A stretch of DNA of 64,000 bases from Octopus bimaculoides (lineage: Eukaryota): NCBI RefSeq assembly GCF_001194135.2, contig NC_068992.1, positions 12,666,944-12,730,943 on the forward strand, in the 5' to 3' direction. Shown here piece by piece: positions 1 to 12,408 of the stretch. The translations under genes and the position numbers were made by a program. Each line of letters starts with the position of its first letter. The first letter of the stretch is position 1. The notes under the pieces were generated by a model. The model made no database searches, was not told where the DNA came from, and saw only the letters and a list, made by a program, of their open reading frames with translations.

Positions 1-196
1 CGTTTATGTATGTATACATTTATCGATGTATACAGAAGACTTTGTCGGCAATAGCGGACGATACATCTGTACAATTGTATGCAGTCCATGGCAAGAATTT
101 GCGAGAACGAATAGTCGTTGCTCTAGTATGCTACTCTCCATTGCCATGCATGGGTAACCATGAATTAAGTTTACATTGTTGTAATAAAGTAAATAA

Positions 197-565
197 GCGT
201 AGCTGTGTGGTAAGAAGCTTGCTTCCCAACCACATAGTTCCGAGTTCAGTTCCACTGCATGACACCTTGGGCAAGTGTCGTCTTCTATAGCCTCGGGCCG
301 ACCAAAGGCTTGTGAGTGGATTTGACAGACGGAAACTGAAAAGAAACCTATCCTATATGTATATGTACAAATATGAATATATTTGTGTCTTTGTTTCTCC
401 CCACCCACCACCACTACCACCACCACCATCACCATCGCTTTACAACTGGTGTTGGTGTGTTCACGGCCCCGTAAGTTAGCTGTTCGGCAAAAGAAAACGA
501 TAGAGTAATAATATGTTTACAAGGAATAAGCCCTAGGGACAATTTATTCGACTAAAGGTGGTGCT
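197..565 (+). mobile_element. tRNA-derived SINE, family A (3' end lost in N gap)
   Basis: Pol III-like head (gcgtagctgtgtggtaag ... gagttcagttcc), then ccttgggcaagtgtc, a (TA)-rich linker and a body ending actaaaggtggtgct. Homologous segments occur at 12019-12408(-), 22345-22500(-), 24710-24940(+) and 53217-53545(+). Confidence 0.85.
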
Positions 566-1279
566 NNNNNNNNNNNNNNNNNNNNNNNNNNNNNNNNNNN
601 NNNNNNNNNNNNNNNNNNNNNNNNNNNNNNNNNNNNNNNNNNNNNNNNNNNNNNNNNNNNNNNNNNNNNNNNNNNNNNNNNNNNNNNNNNNNNNNNNNNN
701 NNNNNNNNNNNNNNNNNNNNNNNNNNNNNNNNNNNNNNNNNNNNNNNNNNNNNNNNNNNNNNNNNNNNNNNNNNNNNNNNNNNNNNNNNNNNNNNNNNNN
801 NNNNNNNNNNNNNNNNNNNNNNNNNNNNNNNNNNNNNNNNNNNNNNNNNNNNNNNNNNNNNNNNNNNNNNNNNNNNNNNNNNNNNNNNNNNNNNNNNNNN
901 NNNNNNNNNNNNNNNNNNNNNNNNNNNNNNNNNNNNNNNNNNNNNNNNNNNNNNNNNNNNNNNNNNNNNNNNNNNNNNNNNNNNNNNNNNNNNNNNNNNN
1001 NNNNNNNNNNNNNNNNNNNNNNNNNNNNNNNNNNNNNNNNNNNNNNNNNNNNNNNNNNNNNNNNNNNNNNNNNNNNNNNNNNNNNNNNNNNNNNNNNNNN
1101 NNNNNNNNNNNNNNNNNNNNNNNNNNNNNNNNNNNNNNNNNNNNNNNNNNNNNNNNNNNNNNNNNNNNNNNNNNNNNNNNNNNNNNNNNNNNNNNNNNNN
1201 NNNNNNNNNNNNNNNNNNNNNNNNNNNNNNNNNNNNNNNNNNNNNNNNNNNNNNNNNNNNNNNNNNNNNNNNNNNNNNN

Positions 1280-1318
<39 letters not shown>

Positions 1319-1465
1319 GTCGCTTTCAGTTAAATAATATATATATATACACACACATATATACATATACATATTATCTATATCTACCGATATAATAATT
1401 GTGTCTAAGCGTCCTTCCTGGGTTTAACATATCCACATGTTTACTTCGTTTTCAACTTATAAATA

Positions 1466-1523
<58 letters not shown>

Positions 1524-2725
1524 CGTATGTTTGTGTGTTTGCATGTGCATGTCTGAGTGTTCGTATGTATTTGCATGTTGTCTACGTATAACATACTAGA
1601 CATAATTACAAACCTGTACAAACTGGAAGCGTTCACTAGTTTTACTGAAAAGCTATTTAACAGAAAATATTCATTAACATGTGCTCCGTAAACCCAGGCT
1701 TTATCTAGAAAATCATATAGAATGTGACCACAGAAAACAATTGTCCTCCGTACGAGCGTCATTTTATTTTTTTCTTCGATCTGAATAGTCTAAGAATCCA
1801 ACCAATCAATCGCCATTTGTTAACAAGTACATGTAATGATGCATCATTACTTTTGTAGATTTCCATGTCACGAATGGACTACACAGTGATCCTCTGTATG
1901 CCGACTGCCGATGGTGACCGATGGTAAAGTTTGATATCGTTTCAAAGATTGCAATACTAGATGCAACTGTCTGACTGCTACTTTTTAAAATGCCATGCAT
2001 TTACTTTTGTATTTTCAAGTCGGTACCAAGCTCACGTCGAAGGACTTGGCAGGATCAAACATTATTCTCTGAGTCATAAGGTCTCTCATGGTTCGGTGTG
2101 TAATGGCTATTGTGTGGAATGGCTCTCGTCTCTGAGACAAATTTAATGCATATGGCTTACATTATTTATATAAATTCATTTAATTTCTTGCATTCAGTGA
2201 CATTTAATCCAAATTTGCTCCGAGCTCTCTTTTTCAATTAATTTTCAGTCAGTCTTGCAGAAATACCTACTTGATAGGATTTGAGTGATACCTCAGTGGA
2301 ATGCAACTTAAATTAGTTTTGGACGATACATTATTAATGCTATTATGTCATGGTCTGTGACATCTTTCGGCGATTACTACACGTTGTCGATAGGAACCAC
2401 TGTAGTGGTGAAATACTGATCAGCAACTGTACGTGGTTGGCAAACGTACTCTTTACTATACGAACATCGCTTTCAGGAGCTGAAGCAGAGATTCTTGATT
2501 CCGCTTCGGGCTGTCTGTTATTGGGGAAATTCAGGGCACAAATCAGAAGCCCATTAATCCATTGATCTAGTCCTCTTAGTAGTTCTAGCATTTCAAGGCT
2601 TTCCACAAATTTACCATCACGATTTATGGAGTAATACGCATATCTTAAATGATTTCTTTTATTTCCGACATATGTTGCGAAGATTACAAATGGTTCCTTC
2701 CAAAGGAATAAGTGATTTTGATAAC

Positions 2726-2923
2726 GATGTAATCTTCTTTGCAGGGAAATACATAAGAGCCAACTTAACCGTAAGACATTTTAACCGAATGTGATAATTG
2801 TGGGTAGAGAAGATCGCTACCTATCTTATTTGAAAAATAACTCTAACCACAGTTTTCCCGTTCTGTTAAAATGTCTTACGGTTAAGGTGGCTCTTATGTA
2901 TTTCCCGAAGAGAAGATTACATC
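2726..2923. mobile_element. Foldback/MITE-like element with ~60-bp terminal inverted repeats
   Basis: gggaaatacataagagccaacttaaccgtaagacattttaac (from 2744) is the reverse complement of the 42-mer ending at 2906, with 1 mismatch. Pairing extends outward through gatgtaatcttct/agaagattacatc. Confidence 0.8.
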
Positions 2924-2940
2924 TTAATCAACAGCACTGC

Positions 2941-3019
2941 TCCTACTACCACTACTACTACTACTAATGATAATAATAATGATAATAATAATGATAATAA
3001 TAATGATGATAATGATAAT

Positions 3020-3051
<32 letters not shown>

Positions 3052-3052
3052 T

Positions 3053-3108
<56 letters not shown>

Positions 3109-3300
3109 CCAATAACATTATTATTGTTTAAAAATAAGATTACTCAACGCTAATAATAATATTATTGCTGTTAGTACTACGACTACTACTATTACTATTA
3201 ATACTACAACTACTACTACTAGTAGTCGTAATTCTGGTGCTACTATTACTACTACCACTCCTACTACTCGTCTTATTATTATTTACTATCATCATCATCA
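2941..3300. repeat. Compound trinucleotide microsatellite (CTA/TAA/CAG/TAG)
   Basis: Directly visible; it explains the ORF at 2924..3118. Confidence 0.95.
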
Positions 3301-4254
3301 TCGGCGTCATATGGTTTTATATAGGCCAGAACACATAAATAGATGTTAGACATTGGTAAAGCAATCGCATACATTTTGCCAGGTTTTAAGTATTTGCTTA
3401 ATTGTATTCATTCAGTTAATTTTCTTTGTATGAACTGTTGTCGGTGTGTGTGTATGTATGTATATATATATATATATATATNNNNNNNNNNNNNNNNNNN
3501 NNNNNNNNNNNNNNNNNNNNNNNNNNNNNNNNNNNNNNNNNNNNNNNNNNNNNNNNNNNNNNNNNNNNNNNNNNNNNNNNNNNNNNNNNNNNNNNNNNNN
3601 NNNNNNNNNNNNNNNNNNNNNNNNNNNNNNNNNNNNNNNNNNNNNNNNNNNNNNNNNNNNNNNNNNNNNNNNNNNNNNNNNNNNNNNNNNNNNNNNNNNN
3701 NNNNNNNNNNNNNNNNNNNNNNNNNNNNNNNNNNNNNNNNNNNNNNNNNNNNNNNNNNNNNNNNNNNNNNNNNNNNNNNNNNNNNNNNNNNNNNNNNNNN
3801 NNNNNNNNNNNNNNNNNNNNNNNNNNNNNNNNNNNNNNNNNNNNNNNNNNNNNNNNNNNNNNNNNNNNNNNNNNNNNNNNNNNNNNNNNNNNNNNNNNNN
3901 NNNNNNNNNNNNNNNNNNNNNNNNNNNNNNNNNNNNNNNNNNNNNNNNNNNNNNNNNNNNNNNNNNNNNNNNNNNNNNNNNNNNNNNNNNNNNNNNNNNN
4001 NNNNNNNNNNNNNNNNNNNNNNNNNNNNNNNNNNNNNNNNNNNNNNNNNNNNNNNNNNNNNNNNNNNNNNNNNNNNNNNNNNNNNNNNNNNNNNNNNNNN
4101 NNNNNNNNNNNNNNNNNNNNNNNNNNNNNNNNNNNNNNNNNNNNNNCTTAGCTATAGATTATTTATTAGTCATTTTTTATCGTTCTCCAGCTATATTTAA
4201 TTATTGTTTTCTGTATGATGATTTTGTTGATTACATTTATCTTTCTCATACATA

Positions 4255-4325
4255 TCTATTATTATTATTATTATTATTATTATTATCAATAATATTATCA
4301 TTATTATCATTTTTATTATTATTAC

Positions 4326-4362
<37 letters not shown>
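4255..4362. repeat. (TTA)n/(TAA)n microsatellite
   Basis: Directly visible. Confidence 0.95.
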
Positions 4363-5542
4363 TAACATACATTAGTTTTGTTGTCGGTGGTTTTATTATT
4401 GGTGATTTTATTACATATACTTTCTTCTATCTTTCATTTTCTTCTTGTTTGCTGTTAGATCTTCATTATTAAGCCATTGATTATTTTTTCTTTTTTTTTT
4501 GTTATAATTTACCATTGTAAAATTGTACTTGTGAAGTCCATATTCATGGCAGCATCAGAACTCATACGTCTCGAACAATTCAAATATAACAATAAATATT
4601 GAAAATACAATCTCTTTCTATTTATTCAGGTCATATAACAACAAGGCAACTAGACAACGGTTGTTTTGAATGCCAAAGCCGATGTCACTTTTATGGTTAC
4701 TTAATTCATTTTATAGCTAGTTCTAAGATTATTCTAAGATTGTTCTTTTGTCATGTGAAAAGATTATGAAAGTTCGCAAGGCTGTAGAGAAAAAAAATCT
4801 GAAGATCATTTCAGAATATATCTGTAATAATGTAATTTTTTTAGACGATAAATAGCATACAATAGAACAATAGGAAACAAAGAAACAAAGAAATGGAAAA
4901 ATGAGAACAGGGAAGATACAAAGAGAAAATTACTGAAAAACATTCACACGTATATACATATCATACATGAGTACGTCCAAACACTGAAACACACACACAC
5001 ACACACACTTGCGCACTCACAAATATATATATTCATAGATATACGGATAATAGATAAATAAATAAATATTGCATACGTACATAAACATTGCATATGGGTA
5101 TATATATATATTTACTTACAAACGCTAGTAAATATAGGTATTGGTATGAAAGCAGGAATTACTCTAATACAATAATTCTGTCATTCTTTTATTGTAAGAA
5201 TATCACATACTAGATGAAACTATTGTATGGCAGCGAAATAACTATTTTTTCACCGATCTATCAATAATGATTTACTAGACTAAGCATATTATATTTTTAA
5301 AGAGTATGATATACAATCCGTTGGAGCAGACTGATCTTAGAGGTACACATTTCATCGGTCTTAAATCATAGTAATGTTGGTATCAAATTCCGTATTCAAA
5401 CTTAATATTATATCTGTCACATTATTTGTTTACACAGTCTTTTAATACGATTTAAATGTGAAATACTATTTTATATGCTTATATATAATTATACTTATAA
5501 TCAGATTGGAAACCCATACAGTCATACACACACACAAACACA

Positions 5543-5595
<53 letters not shown>

Positions 5596-5737
5596 ATNNN
5601 NNNNNNNNNNNNNNNNNNNNNNNNNNNNNNNNNNNNNNNNNNNNNNNNNNNNNNNNNNNNNNNNNNNNNNNNNNNNNNNNNNNNNNNNNNNNNNNNNNNN
5701 NNNNNNNNNNNNNNNNNNNNNNNNTATATATATATGC

Positions 5738-5768
<31 letters not shown>

Positions 5769-6262
5769 TTTATAAATGTGTATATACCTACATATGTATT
5801 TGCACAAGTATATATGCGCGCGCGTAGGTTGAAATTCGTTTCTGAAAGATGAGTTAATTTATTATGTGTCAACCTCACACGAACGAGAAGACAGTGTGTC
5901 CTGTTGATGGATTCAAACGTGGCTCGTTTTCGATCGTGGTAATACACCAGCCAGTTATTTCTTTTTTGAATACCACTTTATATGTTGCTTTCATATCAAA
6001 GGAATTTGCTTGAACTCAATTATATATATATATGCCGAGTATAAACCCATTAATTTAATAACGAATAATTAAGAATTTACGGTTTGAAAACAACATATTC
6101 TTATTCAGCAGTAATGTTTCCTCTCTATAATATACTACTTTGCAATATCTAGTCTCACACTGAGACACATATGCATAAATCGATATATATACGTGCGTGT
6201 GTGCGTGTGTGTGTATCTGTGCGCGGGTGTCAGTGTGTATGCCTGTCCATATACACACATAT

Positions 6263-6596
6263 GAAGGCGCATGGCTCAGTGGTTAGAGCGTCGAGTTTAT
6301 GATCTTGAGGTTGTGAGTTCGAATCCCGGACCGTGCTGCGTGTTGTGTCTTGAGCAAGACACTTTATTTCACGTTGCTCCAGTTCACTCAGCTGTTGAAA
6401 ATGAGTTGCGACGTCATATGTGCCAAGACGTATCTGTCTTTGCTTTTCCCTTGGATAACAATGGTGGCGTGGAGAGGGGAGGCCGATACGCATGGGCGAC
6501 TGCTGGTCTTCCATAAACATCATTGCCCGGAATTATGCCTGGGAGGGTAACTTCCTAGGAGCAATCCCATGGTCAGTCATGACCGAAGGGTGTCTC
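6263..6596 (+). mobile_element. tRNA-derived SINE, family B (CORE-like central domain), apparently full length
   Basis: A box tggctcagtggtt and B box gttcgaatcc. The central segment ttgagcaagacactttatttcacgttgctccagttcactcagctg resembles the CORE domain as recalled. A homologous copy lies at 10733-10992(-). Confidence 0.85.
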
Positions 6597-8873
6597 AGCA
6601 TACACACACACATGTGTATATATATATATATATAAGCGAGTGTTTGCGGGCGCTTGTATGAGTGTGTGGGTCCGCGTTTCTGGTCGTGTTAGGTCTGTGT
6701 GAGTGTTTAGGTGCGTCTGCATTTATAGGGACAGAGAAACAGTGTTTATCATAATTCTATGGTGGTATATATTTTATTCTATTTACACAGATGTTTGAAC
6801 ATAAGACGTCATTTTGCTAAACAAAAATGTTGACGATAAAATTGTGTGAAACAGAAATAATAAAAAGAAACAAAACAAAACATGCCTCTAGTGTGTTGTC
6901 AACTCTACTTATCTTATTCAGATCCCACGTGCCTTATTTTGCTATTTCGATATTCTCTATTATATATGTGTTCATTTCTCTCTCGTCCTGTTTCGTTGTC
7001 CACATCTACTGAATGATACATCTCTGTATCGTGCTGTCATTAGAATCGAATGAATATTCTGCGACTTTTACTCGTTCGCTACGTATTTGAAGTGGCTTAC
7101 CCATTTCCGAAATTATGCTGATTATTAATAGTCTGCTGTTGAAAAGATTTTCGTAAGATTATAATCGTGACGCAAACATATTTGAACGTCTGCATGGTGA
7201 TAAATTGTAATATGCTTAAAATTAGAATTCAGAACATACTACAGCAAATGTAAAAATCTTAATCTTCTGTCTGAACATATTTTAGTTTTAACTATAAATA
7301 TATCAAATAAAATTGTTATTGAATATGCAGTAAATTTCAGCGTATTTCTTAGGGAAATATGATTGCTCTTATGGTTGTATTTCCTAAACTTTTTCAACTG
7401 TATGTTTTCTACGGTGTGCAATATAGTCTCTATGCGTTTTTTTCCCATTTAGAAAATATAAAAATAGCAAAAATATTTTGTACCCACACTACTTGTAAAA
7501 GATAGTTGAAAAGTTTGCTGATTAGAAAATATTTATAGTAATTTTACAAATTAGAACCGCATTAAGAAAAAAAAACACATCGTAAAAAATATTGAAAAAC
7601 TTTGAGATTAAAATGCTATTTTTTAAATATAAATTTCGTTTATTTGGTAAGCATTGTCATACAACGTAATTTTAACGTTCTTCTCATATGTTACGTTGCA
7701 ACAACTCTGACTCCGTCAACTTATTCGAAACAGCTCAACATTATCAGCATATTTTCAACTAATTATCAAAAAATGTAGTAAATTTAAACTAGTAATTTTA
7801 GGTATTAGTAAGCCTCGAGCAGAAGCTGATATTCATACTGGTATTTCAATATAAAATAAAATATCACTGAAAAACAGATTATTTAACTTTCAACTCTATA
7901 ACTGATGTTGCTAAAAAAATGTTACATAAGATTCTAGACTATGCACTTATATAGCGAGAAAGAAGATCGCCGTGTGTCCAATTAAAATATTTACGATTTT
8001 AATCATGTATGACGTAATGTGAAAGAGATATTTCTATTACTCATATCCGACAGATCGACATCGCTACATTATATTACAGGACGAGTAACAACTAGCCCAG
8101 TTCTGCATTTTACAGCAAACCAGGCTATATAAATAGAACTATCTAAATGTTAGTAGCACACAAAATTTGGCAACACATTTCAATAAGTCAGTGATGAAAA
8201 TGCTTGAAGAAATTATGTTTTCACAGACGACACTCGGAATTTTAAATATCAAATGACTTTATTTATATAAGAACACCAAACACTCTACCCATTTAACCTC
8301 GGAACCCTGCGTTTGGTTGGATAATTAAAGATAGACAAAGTATTATCAGATTACATATCAGGATTTATATTTCGATTTTAAAACAAACCATGGCAGGGAA
8401 TGACACTGTTATATTGAAACAAAATCTGTATAATTTTCTGTGGGATATTGTTTACAAGCCTCATGCATAAAGATATCTACCGTTTTTAATGTTGCTTAAA
8501 CTTGCATGCATTTATTTCCATGATTAAAGTCCAATCAGATGCATACTTCATGAACTTGAAATGATTGGGCTTAATAGTGTTCTATGAGATAAATCCTGGT
8601 TTGTTTATTTCTTAAACTGTCATCGAGCAGCAATTACATGGTATGTAAATTTGGTCTTCTCATTTGTTTATAATGAAAACAATATCATGAATAAAGGTGT
8701 AAATCATTTCAAGAAACATGAAGGGATTTGGCTATGTGTTAATGCATATAAAAAAATTGATATATGTGTATGTTGAAGTGTAGTGAACCTGCTGCCAATC
8801 TACACCGATGTTATTTATTCTTATTTGTTTCTAAAATCATATTGCGTCTTGAAATTTAAACTATATGTATACA

Positions 8874-8931
<58 letters not shown>

Positions 8932-8967
8932 CGTATGTACATACATATATATCTATATATCTATATC

Positions 8968-9038
<71 letters not shown>

Positions 9039-9127
9039 ATCGAACACCATGCATCCTTTTCCAAGTAAGTTTTATCATAATAATTACTTTGCGCATTGTA
9101 CTACTGTTTTTCTCTCCCACCCTTTCC

Positions 9128-9173
<46 letters not shown>

Positions 9174-9825
9174 NNNNNNNNNNNNNNNNNNNNNNNNNNN
9201 NNNNNNNNNNNNNNNNNNNNNNNNNNNNNNNNNNNNNNNNNNNNNNNNNNNNNNNNNNNNNNNNNNNNNNNNNNNNNNNNNNNNNNNNNNNNNNNNNNNN
9301 NNNNNNNNNNNNNNNNNNNNNNNNNNNNNNNNNNNNNNNNNNNNNNNNNNNNNNNNNNNNNNNNNNNNNNNNNNNNNNNNNNNNNNNNNNNNNNNNNNNN
9401 NNNNNNNNNNNNNNNNNNNNNNNNNNNNNNNNNNNNNNNNNNNNNNNNNNNNNNNNNNNNNNNNNNNNNNNNNNNNNNNNNNNNNNNNNNNNNNNNNNNN
9501 NNNNNNNNNNNNNNNNNNNNNNNNNNNNNNNNNNNNNNNNNNNNNNNNNNNNNNNNNNNNNNNNNNNNNNNNNNNNNNNNNNNNNNNNNNTTCTCATTGT
9601 GTTTAACGTTTTTGTGATGTCATGTATCCATATATATCATGTATGTATACATATAGATGTAGGTATGTACATATATGTATGGATATATGCATATATTTAT
9701 ATATTATTTATTTTATTATATGATCGAACACCACGCATCCTTTTCCAAGTAAGGTTTATCTGCACCCCCCCCCATATATATATATGTACATATGTATATA
9801 TATATGATTGTATATATATAAATAC

Positions 9826-9864
<39 letters not shown>

Positions 9865-10667
9865 CAGCATCTTCTTTCATGTTGAATGATGTATGACGAC
9901 GTTAATGAGAGATTTCTATTAGCCGTAGCATACAGACCGACATCGCTGCTTTATATTAAAGTGTATATTATGCTTTACCGTGTGTAATACATAACACATG
10001 GAGAATTTTAACTGAGGCACCTCAATAAAGACCCGTGAACTCTCTCACGCTTATCATGAAATAGAATATAATAAATTCCACAAGGCGCCATTTCCTGAAG
10101 TTGTATTTATATTTCCTTTTAAATTCATTTCTGTAGCTACTAATCAGATTTGCTGAATATATTTAGGGATATATTGAGGAATAAATAGAATATAGTTAGG
10201 AATTCTCAGAAAAAGTACTACATAAATTTAGATAATCTAAAGAAATTTCTTTGTCATTCTGTCCCCAATTTTATTGTACTGCAGATCTTGTACAATATAT
10301 TCAGAAATTGATTTACTTTATTTCAGATTTTGTTCTTCTTTATGTTTATTTTACTCAAATTATTTGACGTTCACTTTCATCATTTCCCAAGCTTTTTTCA
10401 TCGTATCTATACTAAAAGTTACGAACTATCACAAAATTTGGATTACCTCTTCTGTATTTTTGTATTCCAGAAATTGTGTGGCACATTCATTGTTCTTGTA
10501 ATAGCAGGATATTTCGAAGTTTGGCAATAATTTATAGAAGTTATTCCAAGCTGGACAATTTATAAAGCTCCAAACCGTTGTCTGGTTTATTTCATGGCTC
10601 CAAGAATATTGTACTTTTAGTGATTGATTCATGTGTGGGACTAATATCATGGCACGCCATTTTGGAT

Positions 10668-10992
10668 TACTCTCTCTTTTTACTCTTTTACTCGTTTCAG
10701 TCATTTTGACTGTGGCCATGCTGGAGCACCGCAAGTTGTTTATGGAAGGCATGCAGTTGCCTGTTCTTACCAGTCTCCCCTCTCCACGCCACTGATGTAA
10801 TCCAAGGGAAAAGTAAAAGCTGATACAGCTTGGCACTAGTGACGTTACAAATCATTTCTACAGCTGAGTGAACTGGAGCAACATGAAATAAAGTGTCTCA
10901 CTCAAGAATACAACATGCATTCCTGTCCGAGAATCGAACTCATCACTTAATGATTGTAAACCCGACACTCTAACCACTGAGCCACGCACATC
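10668..10992 (-). mobile_element. Chimeric SINE: family B head and body with a family A 3' tail
   Basis: 10733-10992 aligns to the reverse complement of 6263-6515. 10668-10732 (actcttttactcgtttcagtcattttgactgtggccatgctggagcaccgc) matches the family A tail seen at 12019-12075 and 24885-24940. Confidence 0.8.
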
Positions 10993-12018
10993 AAGAAACT
11001 GAAGCGTATAAATCCAATCTCCAATTTGAATAATAACATGCCGCATTGGGCAAAATCTTGCAGAGGCACATGATGCAGTGCAGGGCACCGCATTGTGTAC
11101 CGAATGAACATCAATCATCAGAAAGTGGAAAATACATTCTTTTAGGTCTTGTTGCAAGTCTACTATCGCATATTTATTTTTAACCAATGATCTATGACAC
11201 ATTCCTCATCCATAATAACGCATATCGCCAGCCACGATATGCTAAATTTAATGGCTTTCTGTTTAAAACCGCATTTGAGTGTGCAACAGCTCTGTGTCTC
11301 TACATCTTCAGAAAACTCTACGCGGTATTTTTCTAATTACTGTTTGTATGATCAAATTGCCAATTGACATTTTCATTTCTATTCGAAACCCTTTTAGCAT
11401 AACAGATTCTTAAAGGAAGGCATCCCTTTGAACCATATACTCGCTTTTCGTTCAAGTTCTTTTTTTTTCTGGGAAATCCTTTTCAAAAAGTTTGTAAAAT
11501 TTGCTACTCCCGATTATTCTCAATACATATTTAATGGTCGTAATATATTATGCTTCCCCATTACTACATTGCTGCGAATGTAACGTAATTTGAAGTGTCA
11601 ATATTGGTTGTAATGGCCTTTGCATTAAACATAGTGCTTTATTAATTCCATTCTAAGGATGATATTACTAAAATATTTACTGGCAAAAACTGATAACTTT
11701 TTTTTGGTTTCCCTATTTTGAGAATCGTGTTTGAGAGTTGAGATTCATTTTTGCACTGATTTTTGGTTTCCTTGCAGTTTGGTTTTCTTGAGGGCTATTA
11801 TCTCTGATCTTGTAAAGAAAGATTTATTGCAATGAATGTAAAGGTGAAATTAGGTATATTGTGTCCACAAAATATCAACTTTCTTACCTACGCCACATAA
11901 TAGCATATCACATAGAACATAACGCAATTCCTAGTTTTAAACTACAATAAACGCATTTTTTCAACTAGTATAATGATAACAATGAAGCATCGCAGAGACA
12001 CCTACAGAGACGTCAGCA

Positions 12019-12408
12019 CCTTTAATCCTTTAATTTTTTCGGTCATCACACCGCAACCATGCTGGAGCAGCGTCTTCAAAAATTTTAGTCCAACGAATCG
12101 ACCGCAATGCTCTTTTAAAAACCTGTTGATTATTCTATAGATTTTTTTATGAGCTGATAAGATAAAAGGACGTATATACACCATTAAATGTTGTCAAGCT
12201 GTTGATGGGAAAGAAAAACAGACACAACGAGGCACAGATGCGTACCTATTCGGCGGGGTTCGTTCAGTTTCTGCCTACGAAATGCACGCACAAATCGTTG
12301 GTCGTCCGACGTTATAGAATTAGACACATGCGCAACATATCAAGCAGTTGGACTGAACCTTGAACAGTGTGGCTGTGAACCGAACGTTTTAAACACAGCT
12401 TCGCTGCC
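12019..12408 (-). mobile_element. Degenerate full-length SINE, family A
   Basis: Tail ccatgctggagcagcg near 12057, body ttcagtttctgcctacgaaatgcac near 12263, head acacagcttcgc near 12393; all are reverse complements of family A segments. Confidence 0.7.

Noticed and set aside
4631-4725. Strong acceptor followed by GHITTRQLD, resembling a cadherin repeat motif
   Set aside because: The similarity stops after 9 residues, there is no DRE/DxNDN motif and no good donor.
5889-5902. 14-nt identity (agacagtgtgtcct) to the recalled lophotrochozoan miR-1994
   Set aside because: The seed-side and 3' bases differ and the flanks form only a weak, short hairpin.
6263-6335. tRNA gene calls at SINE heads (also near 10925-10992, 22945-23016, 38345-38430)
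   Set aside because: A and B boxes are present but there is no complete cloverleaf or acceptor stem, and each continues into a repeated SINE body.
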